A stretch of DNA of 64,000 bases, taken from Minisyncoccota bacterium. GTDB taxonomy: Bacteria; Patescibacteriota; Minisyncoccia; Phycocordibacterales; DATDWN01. Under the pieces are notes generated by a model. That model worked only from the letters and a program-made list of their open reading frames with translations. It made no database searches and had not been told where the DNA came from. Position numbers and translations under genes: made by a program. The stretch covers positions 20,221 to 84,220 of the forward strand of contig JBAZZC010000004.1 of assembly GCA_041658985.1 (NCBI GenBank), in the 5' to 3' direction. Position 1 is the first letter of the stretch. Each line of letters starts with the position of its first letter. Positions 35,516 to 44,010 of the stretch are shown here, piece by piece.

Positions 35516-37831
35516 TTACTTATTAATTTTTCCCGCCTCATCGGCGGGTCGCCGAGGAGGCGACTTCTTAAACCCACGTTTCTTTTTTTCTTGAGCAAAA
35601 ATTTCTAATGCACGGGGGAGTTCTATCGTATAAACATCATCTTCTTTTAACGAGCGAAAATCTTTTTGGTGGACAATATATGGTCCAAACATTCCGATAT
35701 TAGCTGTTATCTTTTCTCCAGTATCTGGATGAACACCTAATACTCGGGGAAGTGTAAGATAGGTCAAAGCATCTTGGAGGGTTACGGTAGAGAGATCTTT
35801 TCCTTTTGGAATCGAAGCCATTTTAGGTTTAACGGCTTTAGTTGAACCTTTTCTCCCAGTACCAGAGCGAAGCTCGGTACGGGACTTCGCTTTAGCTCTT
35901 TCTCCCACTTGAACATATGGTCCGTATTTTCCAATCAAAATGTAAATAGGTAATCCGGTTTCTGGGTCTGTTCCGATTGGTTCTTCCTTTTTTATTTCCT
36001 GTCCATCCATAGTCAGTGCTCCCTGACATTCTGGATATTTAGCACAAGACAAGAATTTTCCTCCACGAGAAAGTTTAATTATCATAGGTCCCTGACAGAC
36101 AGGACATTTCATTTTTGCGTCTGCATCACCAAGATTATTTACTTTATCTATTTTGTCTTTGCTTTTTACATCAGCTAAGAATGGTTTATAAAAAGTCTTT
36201 AGGGTTTTTACATATTCTTCTTTTCCGTTGGCGATGAGGTCAAGCTTGTCTTCCATTTCAGCAGTGAAACTATCACTTATATAGTTAGCAAAATTGGCTT
36301 CAAGAAAACTTGAAACCACATCACCAGTATCGGTTGGTACTAGGGCTTTATTTATTTTGTCTACATAACCCCTGTCTTCCAGAGTTCCAATAATAGAAGC
36401 ATATGTACTAGGTCTTCCGATTCCTCTCTTTTCTAATTCTTTAACAAGCCCTGCCTCAGAATATCTTCCTGGAGGTTCGGTTTGTTTTTCTTCGGTTGAA
36501 ACTTTCTTGAGCCCCAATTTCTCACCGACAGAGACTTTTGGTAATTCAACATCATCTCCTCGAGAGGCGGGGTCACCCAAAAGCCACCCAGGAAATTTTA
36601 TTTGTGAACCAGTTATAGAAAAATCTGGCATATCACTACCTTTAACGTTTGTGGTGATTTTTGTGCGTAATGTCATCGCATCCTTCATTTGTGATGATAC
36701 TGTTCGTCTCCAAATTAATTCATAAAGTTTTTTTTGTTCGTCATTTATTCCAGCATGCTCAACATTAAAATGGGTAGGGCGAATAGCTTCGTGGGCTTCC
36801 TGGGCATTTTTGCTTTTTGTCGCAAATTTTCTAATTTGTAAAAATTCTTTTCCGTATTTACTTTCAACAACTTGTGCTATTTGAGCTATAGCCACAGCGC
36901 TTAAATTTGTTGAATCTGTACGCATGTACGTAATATATCCTGCTTCATATAGTTTTTGGGCAATACCCATAGTTCTTGAAGGTGAAAATCCAAGGCGAGA
37001 ACTAGCGGTTTGTTGAAGTGTTGAGGTAATAAAGGGTGCTCTGGGAGATTTCTTTACGTCCATTTCTTTAACATCTTTTACGAACCATTTATTTTCTTTT
37101 CCACCTTTTTCGGCAGTTTCAACAATCTGCTCAACCTCTTTTTTGTCTGTAGGTTCAACCTCGCAGACCACCGTAAATTGACCAGACCCGCCTCCTTGGC
37201 GGGTCGCCGAAGAGGCGACATCTGCCGAGATAACCCAAAAAGCATGAGATTTAAAAGCACGAATTTCCCTTTCTCTCTCCATTATGATTCGGAGAGCGGG
37301 GGACTGAACTCTGCCTGCAGAAAGTCCATATCGAATTTTTTTCCAGATAAGTCCGGATAAATCATATCCAACAAGTCGGTCCAATACACGTCGCGCTTCC
37401 TGTGCTTGTCTCAAATTCTGATCTATGTCTCTGGGATGTTCTAATGCTTCCCGTATTGCTTCTTCTGTAATTTCAACATATGAAACCCTCTTCACTTTCG
37501 ACTTTCGACTTTCGACTTTCGACTTGCCGAAATCATTACCTATGATTTCGGCAATGTGCCAAGCGATAGCTTCACCCTCACGGTCGGGGTCGGTAGCAAG
37601 TAGTATTTCATCTGCCTTTTTTGAAAGAGATTTAATTTCATTAACCACCTTTTCTTTTCCTTTTGATATTTCGTAATGGGGAATAAAACCACCATCTATA
37701 TCAATGGCTTTTTTGTTCGATTTTGGTAAATCACGAATATGACCAACAGAAGCAACAACGGTGTACTCACCATCAAGATATTTTGAAATTGTCTTTGCTT
37801 TTGCTGGAGACTCTACAATAAGTAACTTCAT
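35516..37831 (-). CDS. topA: DNA topoisomerase I
   Basis: Toprim MKLLIVESPAKAKTI, catalytic-Tyr region, C-terminal zinc ribbons (CPVCQGPM...). Contains two in-frame GC-rich palindromic insertions and a 7-bp x4 tandem repeat. Confidence 0.95.
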   Translation of the reverse strand: MKLLIVESPAKAKTISKYLDGEYTVVASVGHIRDLPKSNKKAIDIDGGFIPHYEISKGKEKVVNEIKSLSKKADEILLATDPDREGEAIAWHIAEIIGNDFGKSKVESRKSKVKRVSYVEITEEAIREALEHPRDIDQNLRQAQEARRVLDRLVGYDLSGLIWKKIRYGLSAGRVQSPALRIIMEREREIRAFKSHAFWVISADVASSATRQGGGSGQFTVVCEVEPTDKKEVEQIVETAEKGGKENKWFVKDVKEMDVKKSPRAPFITSTLQQTASSRLGFSPSRTMGIAQKLYEAGYITYMRTDSTNLSAVAIAQIAQVVESKYGKEFLQIRKFATKSKNAQEAHEAIRPTHFNVEHAGINDEQKKLYELIWRRTVSSQMKDAMTLRTKITTNVKGSDMPDFSITGSQIKFPGWLLGDPASRGDDVELPKVSVGEKLGLKKVSTEEKQTEPPGRYSEAGLVKELEKRGIGRPSTYASIIGTLEDRGYVDKINKALVPTDTGDVVSSFLEANFANYISDSFTAEMEDKLDLIANGKEEYVKTLKTFYKPFLADVKSKDKIDKVNNLGDADAKMKCPVCQGPMIIKLSRGGKFLSCAKYPECQGALTMDGQEIKKEEPIGTDPETGLPIYILIGKYGPYVQVGERAKAKSRTELRSGTGRKGSTKAVKPKMASIPKGKDLSTVTLQDALTYLTLPRVLGVHPDTGEKITANIGMFGPYIVHQKDFRSLKEDDVYTIELPRALEIFAQEKKKRGFKKSPPRRPADEAGKINK

Positions 37832-37985
37832 TTGAATTTAATATACGAATATACGAATAATACGAATTTACGAATGGCTACGAATAAAATCATAACATAA
37901 TTACATTATTCGCATACATTTGTATCATTCGTACGATGTTCGTATCCGTAGTATTACCTCAAAAAATAATTTTGTCCAATTTTAA

Positions 37986-38030
37986 TAAAAACGAAATCCG
38001 CCGAGCGCGACGAATCTCGTCGGTCGGCGG
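37986..38030 (-). terminator. rho-independent terminator for the GC-rich gene 38043..38324
   Basis: Minus strand: CCGCCGACCGACGAGATTCGTCGCGCTCGGCGG followed by ATTTCGTTTTT. Confidence 0.65.
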
Positions 38031-38042
38031 GGCTTACCACTT

Positions 38043-38324
38043 TCAGTGAATTGTGTCTGGTGGGGACGGAATCTCGGCGTCGTCGATGATGATTGCCGAA
38101 CACGTCCAACTGTTGGGGTTCACATCACTTTCCAGGATGTAGAACTCCTTACCTTTGAACGTTAACGGCAGAGCCTTGAGAACCCTGTGGTCATAGCCAC
38201 ATTCCTCAGGTTCCCTCGTCTCGACAACCGTTCCCGCAGACAGACTGAGCTCCGTGTGGTGTAGGAGCTGGGTTCCTTCTCGTCTCTTGAGAACCCGAAG
38301 TCTCTTGTTGACCCTGATTTTCAT
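38043..38324 (-). CDS. hypothetical GC-rich small protein (93 aa)
   Basis: SD AGGAGGT 6 nt before the ATG. Own terminator. GC content clearly above the flanks. Confidence 0.45.
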   Translation of the reverse strand: MKIRVNKRLRVLKRREGTQLLHHTELSLSAGTVVETREPEECGYDHRVLKALPLTFKGKEFYILESDVNPNSWTCSAIIIDDAEIPSPPDTIH

Positions 38325-38380
38325 TCGTACCTCCTGTTTTTAAGTTATCACTTTTTTCTAATTTTGCAACCATTCATGGC

Positions 38381-39235
38381 TCATTTCAAATGTATTTCTC
38401 CCATAACTTCCTCAATAAGATTTTTTATTTCCATCGTGGCGATAATTGTTTGTGTTACATAAACCGGTTTGCCAAGTCGGCGAATTATTTCGTCCCGAGA
38501 AAGTGGTTCATTTAATATATTTATAACTTCATGTTCGTCGCTTGAACACTGCGAGTAATCTCTTTTTTGAAATAGGTCTTCGTGCGGATTGAGTCCAAGT
38601 GCTGAAACGATATCACTTGATTGTGTTATGGGCGTTGCACCAAGACGTAGAAGCATATGTGGTCCTTCGGATGTTTTAGAAAAAATGGAATTAGGAACTG
38701 TGAAAACATCACGATTGTATTCCGTGGCGTATTTTGATGTGATGAGTGTTCCAGACTGAAGCCCAGCTTCAATTACAAGAGTTGCATTACTCATTCCTGC
38801 AATGATTCTGTTTCGTTGAGGTGGACTCCATGGTGTTGTTATAAAATCATCCTTGAATTCAGAAATCAATGCGCCACCTTTTTCAATTATTTGTTTTCCG
38901 AGTTCGCGATTGGTTGACGGATATAAAACTTTTTCTCCAAGTCCAGACGGTAATACTGCGACAGTTGGGAGTCCGGTACGCAAGGCTGAATGGTGTCCGA
39001 TCGCATCCATACCAAGTGCTAACCCAGATACAATAGTAATGGAATATCCTCGCAGACCCTCAATAAGTTTTTCACAAACCGCTTTTCCATACTCACTGTA
39101 TTTTCGCGAACCCACAACGGCGAGATATTTCTCTGTCTGTGGCAATTCACCAATAATCCGCATTGATTCCGGCGGGTCGTTTATTTCAAGTAGTAGAGGA
39201 GGAAAATCTTTCTTTTTCAAATCTTGAATTTGCAT
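38381..39235 (-). CDS. dprA: DNA-processing protein DprA (SMF family)
   Basis: LAVVGSRKYSEYGK ... IVSGLALGMDAIGHHSAL Rossmann-like DprA core. Confidence 0.85.
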   Translation of the reverse strand: MQIQDLKKKDFPPLLLEINDPPESMRIIGELPQTEKYLAVVGSRKYSEYGKAVCEKLIEGLRGYSITIVSGLALGMDAIGHHSALRTGLPTVAVLPSGLGEKVLYPSTNRELGKQIIEKGGALISEFKDDFITTPWSPPQRNRIIAGMSNATLVIEAGLQSGTLITSKYATEYNRDVFTVPNSIFSKTSEGPHMLLRLGATPITQSSDIVSALGLNPHEDLFQKRDYSQCSSDEHEVINILNEPLSRDEIIRRLGKPVYVTQTIIATMEIKNLIEEVMGEIHLK

Positions 39236-39354
39236 TATTTTAGTATATCAATATGTATGTAATTTGTAATGGATTGTGATTGACAATTTATGCAACAAGT
39301 ATAATCTAAAAAAAGATTTATGTTTTTTGGCCACCTGTAACTCGGAGGTTTCTA

Positions 39355-39698
39355 TGAAAATGGTTCTTGTGTGCGTGCTCGCTCTTTGCTTTGTTGCTTG
39401 TGAACATCACAGTGTGACGACATTCAATGCTGTGATTTCCGACCTCCGGGTAACGGGGTCGTTGGCCTTAGGAGAAACGGTGGAAACTGTAAGTGCATGC
39501 GGGTTTTCTGCCAAGGGTGAGGGTCGCACACTCATCTTCAGAACTACCAACTACGCGTTGGAGTGTTCTCTTTTGAAGAATGGGGACATGATACAAATCA
39601 CGAAGGTGGTAACAACTTCGCCTGGGGGTGAAGGTGTTCGTTACCACTGGTATGTGGGGGAGAAGCACGACAGTCTCTATCCGGAGACGGTTCGTTGA
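39355..39698 (+). CDS. GC-rich small lipoprotein (lipobox LCFVAC)
   Basis: SD GGAGG 7 nt before ATG at 39355. Signal peptide MKMVLVCVLALCFVAC. Terminator at 39724-39768. Confidence 0.45.
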
Positions 39699-39789
39699 CT
39701 TTCTCGGCGTGTGTTTGGGTTTTCGGCCATGGATTAGCAGTCCGTGGCCGTTTCTTTTCATATTATATTGATTTTGATACTATATATAC

Positions 39790-41061
39790 ATGTTAGACAT
39801 AAAATTTATTCGAGAGAATAAGGATCTCATATCTGCTGGAGCAGAGAAAAAACATATTAAATTTGATGTTAATGCTTTACTTACTGCTGACGATAAACGC
39901 AAGGAACTTTTAGTGACTATTGAGAACAAAAGAGCAGAACAGAATGTGGTTAGTGAGAAAATGGTCAGAACAAATAACCAATCAGAAAAAGACCAAATGA
40001 TTTTGGAGATGAAAGGACTTAAAGAAGAACTACAGAAGGAAGAAGAAGAATTAAAAAAGGTGATGCACGAATGGCAAACCCTAATGATTTCAGTGCCAAA
40101 CATTCCAGATATGTCTGTGCCAGATGGAAACAGTGATAAAGATAATAAGGAAGTAAAAGTTTGGGGAGAAATTCCAAAATTTGATTTTAATCCCAAGGAC
40201 CACATTGAACTTATGCAAGACTTAGGAATGCGTGATATTGAGCGTGGAGTCAAAGTTGCTGGGTTTAGAGGGTATATTCTGAAAGGAGATGGGGCGAGGT
40301 TACAATTTGCTCTCTGGCGATTTGTTCAAGATTTTTTTATGAAAAAAGGAGGATTTACTCCAATGATTGTACCTTCACTTATAAAACGAGAGGCGTTTTT
40401 AGGAACAGGATATATTCCACAGGGAGAGGAGGACTTGTATAAAACACAAGATGGGGAGTATCTTTCTGGTACTGCAGAGGTTGCAATGATGTCGTATTAC
40501 ATGGGAGAGGTTTTAGAAAAAAAAGATTTACCAATAAAAATGTTAGGGTTTTCTTCCGCCTTTCGTCGTGAGGCAGGAGCACACGGAAAAGATACGCGGG
40601 GTATTTTGAGAGTTCATGAGTTTTATAAATTTGAGCAGGTAGTATTATGTGAAGCCTCTCATACTGAATCAGTAAAATATCATGAAGAAATAGAGAGGAA
40701 CACAGAGGAGATTATGGAAACACTAGGTTTGCCTTACCACGTTGTTATTAATTGTGCTGGAGATTTGGGCCTTGGGCAGGTTAAAAAATATGATATTGAG
40801 GCGTGGCTTCCATCAGAAAATACATATCGTGAGACTGGTTCGGCTTCTTATTTTCATGATTTTCAAACACGCAGACTTAATATTCGTTATAGGGACAACG
40901 ATGGTAAAATGAAATTTGTTCACTCGCTTAATAACACCGCTCTCTCTGGTCGTCCTCTTATTATGATAGTAGAAAACTATCAAAATGAAGATGGAAGTAT
41001 ACGAATTCCGGACGTACTTCAGCCCTACATGGGAGGACAGCAAATTATTTCGAAGAAATAA
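39790..41061 (+). CDS. serS: serine--tRNA ligase
   Basis: N-terminal coiled-coil arm (MLDIKFIRENKDLI...) and class II motifs (FRREAGAHGKDTRGILRVHEF, GSASYFHDFQ). Confidence 0.95.
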   Translation: MLDIKFIRENKDLISAGAEKKHIKFDVNALLTADDKRKELLVTIENKRAEQNVVSEKMVRTNNQSEKDQMILEMKGLKEELQKEEEELKKVMHEWQTLMISVPNIPDMSVPDGNSDKDNKEVKVWGEIPKFDFNPKDHIELMQDLGMRDIERGVKVAGFRGYILKGDGARLQFALWRFVQDFFMKKGGFTPMIVPSLIKREAFLGTGYIPQGEEDLYKTQDGEYLSGTAEVAMMSYYMGEVLEKKDLPIKMLGFSSAFRREAGAHGKDTRGILRVHEFYKFEQVVLCEASHTESVKYHEEIERNTEEIMETLGLPYHVVINCAGDLGLGQVKKYDIEAWLPSENTYRETGSASYFHDFQTRRLNIRYRDNDGKMKFVHSLNNTALSGRPLIMIVENYQNEDGSIRIPDVLQPYMGGQQIISKK

Positions 41062-41183
41062 TTTGAATTTCTAATTTTTAATTCCTAATTTCTAAATAAG
41101 CACCAATAAACAATGAATGAGTTGGGGATTGGGTTTTGGAATTTAATTAGTAATTAGAAATTAGGTCAATTAGAAATTTTTAT
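41062..41183. mobile_element. miniature inverted-repeat element, family B (AATTTCTAATT-type TIRs), no ORF
   Basis: Left arm GAATTTCTAATTTTTAATTCCTAATTTCTAAATAAG. Right arm AATTAGTAATTAGAAATTAGGTCAATTAGAAATTTTT (approximate reverse complement). Related copy at 42043-42495. Confidence 0.5.
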
Positions 41184-41184
41184 T

Positions 41185-42042
41185 ATGATTGTCACCAAGT
41201 CTCTTTCACACGGAGAGTATTTAAGAAAAAGGAGAAATAAAAAACTCTGGAAGTTTAGTATTGCTCTTTTTTTAGTCATTTTAATTATCGGGCTTACTTC
41301 ATATCTTTCACACAGGTCAGAGGTTCGTATCTCAAAAGTTGAATTAAACGGTGGAATTTTGGTAACACAAGCCGATTTAGAATCTAAAACCCTTGAATAC
41401 ATGTACGGTTCACATTTTTGGTTATTTCCAAGAAACAATGCTTTTTGGTATCCACATGGTGGTCTAGAGAAATATTTAAAGGAGACCTTTAAAAGAATTG
41501 ATGCTATAGATATCAGTCGGAAAGGTTTGCAGACTTTGGTGATAGACATCAAGGAACGAAAGCCGTTTGCTCTTTGGTGTAATAGTCCTTCAGTCTCTAC
41601 AACTACTCCAATCACGGAGAATGGTGCGGAGGATTGTTATTTCCTAGACCAAAATAGTACTATTTTTGCCAAAGCCCCGACCTTTTCAGGTGACGCATAT
41701 TTTAAATATTATGGAATCTTATCAGAATCGGAGTTGTCACCTATAGGCAAGGAATATATGGCAAGCACTACCGAATTTACTGCAATTTCAAATTTTGTTT
41801 CAAGTGTAAAAGAGCTCTCAATAAGGCCGTTATATTTGATAGCAAAAAGTGATGATGAATTTTCTCTTGTTGTCTCTGGTAAGGGTGAGATTTATTTTAA
41901 TTTAAAGGAGCCTTTATCTATTACCAGCCAGAATCTTAAAGCACTTTTACGTACCCCAACTTTTGCCAGTACGACGGGTGATTTGCCGGTGGAGTATATA
42001 GACCTTCGCTATGGCAATAAGTTGTTTTATAAACTCAAATAG
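41185..42042 (+). CDS. FtsQ/DivIB-like cell-division protein (TM + POTRA-like domain)
   Basis: Single N-terminal TM, then ISKVELNGGILVTQADLES (POTRA-like). Family assignment tentative. Confidence 0.5.
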   Translation: MIVTKSLSHGEYLRKRRNKKLWKFSIALFLVILIIGLTSYLSHRSEVRISKVELNGGILVTQADLESKTLEYMYGSHFWLFPRNNAFWYPHGGLEKYLKETFKRIDAIDISRKGLQTLVIDIKERKPFALWCNSPSVSTTTPITENGAEDCYFLDQNSTIFAKAPTFSGDAYFKYYGILSESELSPIGKEYMASTTEFTAISNFVSSVKELSIRPLYLIAKSDDEFSLVVSGKGEIYFNLKEPLSITSQNLKALLRTPTFASTTGDLPVEYIDLRYGNKLFYKLK

Positions 42043-42495
42043 AATTTCTAATTACTAATTTCTAATTACTAAATAAATCCCAATGATCAAAAACCAAAAG
42101 TTTGATTTGGAAGAACGAAGTGCAAAATTTGGGGAGGATGTAATTAAATTTTGTAGAGACTTGCCGAAAGATGAAATAACAAGACCAATAATTAATCAAC
42201 TGGTAAAATGTAGTACGAGTGTTGGGGCTAATTATTGTGAAGCAGATGATGCTGAATCTAAGAAGGATTTTAAACACAAGATTGGTATTTGTAAGAAAGA
42301 AGCAAGAGAATCAAAACATTTTTTGAGAATGTCTGTAATTGCAGTACCCGAAGTTAAGGAAAGAGCAAAAATTTTGTGGGTTGAGGCAAAAGAGCTAAAT
42401 TTGATATTTAATGCTATATATAATAAGTGTTGACTTGGTAATTGGTGCTTGGTTATTGTTTAGAAATTAGGTCAATTAGTAATTAGAAATTTTTA
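42043..42495. mobile_element. family B TIR element carrying a four-helix-bundle (23S rRNA IVS protein family) gene
   Basis: Left arm GAATTTCTAATTACTAATTTCTAATTACTAAATAA. Right arm TAGAAATTAGGTCAATTAGTAATTAGAAATTTTTA (approximate reverse complement). Encloses ORF 42083..42433. Confidence 0.5.
42083..42433 (+). CDS. four-helix-bundle protein (TIGR02436 / 23S rRNA intervening-sequence protein family)
   Basis: KCSTSVGANYCEADDAESKKDFKHKIGICKKEARESKHFLRM matches the rSatSIpANIAEG...kdf...l.iA.GS..E family pattern. Confidence 0.7.
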   Translation: MIKNQKFDLEERSAKFGEDVIKFCRDLPKDEITRPIINQLVKCSTSVGANYCEADDAESKKDFKHKIGICKKEARESKHFLRMSVIAVPEVKERAKILWVEAKELNLIFNAIYNKC

Positions 42496-42515
42496 CGTAT
42501 TCGTATATTAACTTT

Positions 42516-43541
42516 ATGACTTTTTGGAATAAGTTAAAAAAACCATTTTTTGTTCTTGCACCCATGGCAGATGTAACTGACCCAGCCTTTCGGCGTATTA
42601 TTGCCAAGTATGGAAAACCAGATGTTTTGTGGACGGAGTTTGTTTCGGCTGATGGTTTGTTTATGGGGGGATATGATGCATTAGTCAAAGATCTGGCTTT
42701 TAGTGAAGAAGAGAGACCAATCGTGGCACAATTTTTTACTTCAAAACCAGAAATAATGGAGAGGGCGGCCAAACTTGCAGTGGAGCTTGGGTTTGATGGT
42801 ATTGATATAAATATGGGCTGTCCCGACAAGAGTATAGAAAAGCAAAGTGCTGGGGCAAAACTTATGACCAACCCAAAGCTAGCTCAAGAAATTATTTTGT
42901 CTGCCATGAAGGGGGCGGGGGATTTGCCTGTTAGTGTAAAGACACGAATTGGTTGGAATAAAAATGAACTTGAGACTTGGTTGCCTGCTCTTTTAGAAAC
43001 AAATCCTGCTGCTATTACTGTCCACGCACGGACCCGCAAGGAACTGTCTCTTGTGCCGGCAAGATGGGAACATGTGAAGCGAGCTGTTGAGATTAGAGAT
43101 AATTTTATTAATTCACAGGGAGAAAAAAGTAAGACTTTAATTATTGGAAATGGTGATGTAAAAGATTTAGATGATGCAAAAGCTAAAGCCGAGGAGACTG
43201 GTTGTGATGGAGTTATGCTTGGACGTGCTATTTTTGGTAATCCATGGTTATTTGCCAATTTGTCCCATGCGAAGCATGGTAGACAAATTGAGCATCCCGC
43301 CGAAGCCTTGGCGAAGGTGGATATTTCCATTGAAGATAAATTAAAAGTGCTGGTAGAACATACAAAATTATTTGAAAAATTACTTCCGCAAAAAAGTTTT
43401 GCGGTTATGAAAAAACATTACAAAGCGTATGTGACAGGATGGCATACAGCAAAAGAATTACGAATGAAATTGATGGAAGCAGGAAATACAAACGAAGTTG
43501 AGCAGGTTGTGGATAACTATTTAGAAAATAGCTTAAAATAA
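42516..43541 (+). CDS. tRNA-dihydrouridine synthase
   Basis: FVLAPMADVTDPAFRRIIAKYG (Dus lAPMaGvTD..FR), TIM-barrel FMN-binding motifs, catalytic Cys region NMGCP. Confidence 0.9.
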   Translation: MTFWNKLKKPFFVLAPMADVTDPAFRRIIAKYGKPDVLWTEFVSADGLFMGGYDALVKDLAFSEEERPIVAQFFTSKPEIMERAAKLAVELGFDGIDINMGCPDKSIEKQSAGAKLMTNPKLAQEIILSAMKGAGDLPVSVKTRIGWNKNELETWLPALLETNPAAITVHARTRKELSLVPARWEHVKRAVEIRDNFINSQGEKSKTLIIGNGDVKDLDDAKAKAEETGCDGVMLGRAIFGNPWLFANLSHAKHGRQIEHPAEALAKVDISIEDKLKVLVEHTKLFEKLLPQKSFAVMKKHYKAYVTGWHTAKELRMKLMEAGNTNEVEQVVDNYLENSLK

Positions 43542-43580
43542 GGATATTTTCATATTAAAAAATAAGGCATATTTTATTGC

Positions 43581-43972
43581 TTGACTTATCCTATGGTTAT
43601 GCTATACTTAGCCTCGGAACCCTGGGGCGTCGAGTCGGAGAGTTGAGGTTGGCCAAAGGGCCGAGTTTCTCCGCGCGAATGAACGCGCCGGGCTTCCATG
43701 TGGTATACTTAATTCATCGATGGCCGGGCCGCTGCGACGACAATGCAACGACCTGGCAAAGCGGACCAACTCTGGCGGTTGCCAGAAAGGAGGAGTGCCT
43801 ACGCACCCGAGAAGAATGCATTGATACACCCCGCCAAGGGAAGTCCAGTGCAGGTCCTCGGGCTAGAACACACCAAGCTCTTTTATGGCCCGCGGTGGCC
43901 TAGAGCCACCGCGGGTTACCATAACGCCCTTGGACGTAAGACGCAGATTTGCGCAGTCGTAGGGCGTTTTTT
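43581..43972 (+). ncRNA. GC-rich putative structured RNA 1 (~360 nt), identity unknown
   Basis: TTGACT-16-TATACT promoter at 43581-43608. Strongly GC-rich body with no SD or coherent ORF. 3' stem ACGCCCT...AGGGCGT + TTTTTT at 43925-43972. Confidence 0.45.
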
Positions 43973-44010
43973 CATATCTAAAAAGAAAAAGTGAAAACTT
44001 TTTAAAATGC

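Noticed and set aside
37495-37522. CRISPR array
   Set aside because: The only short tandem repeat, CTTTCGA x4, has 7-bp units with no spacers and lies inside the topA coding sequence. There are no repeat-spacer arrays or cas genes anywhere in the window.
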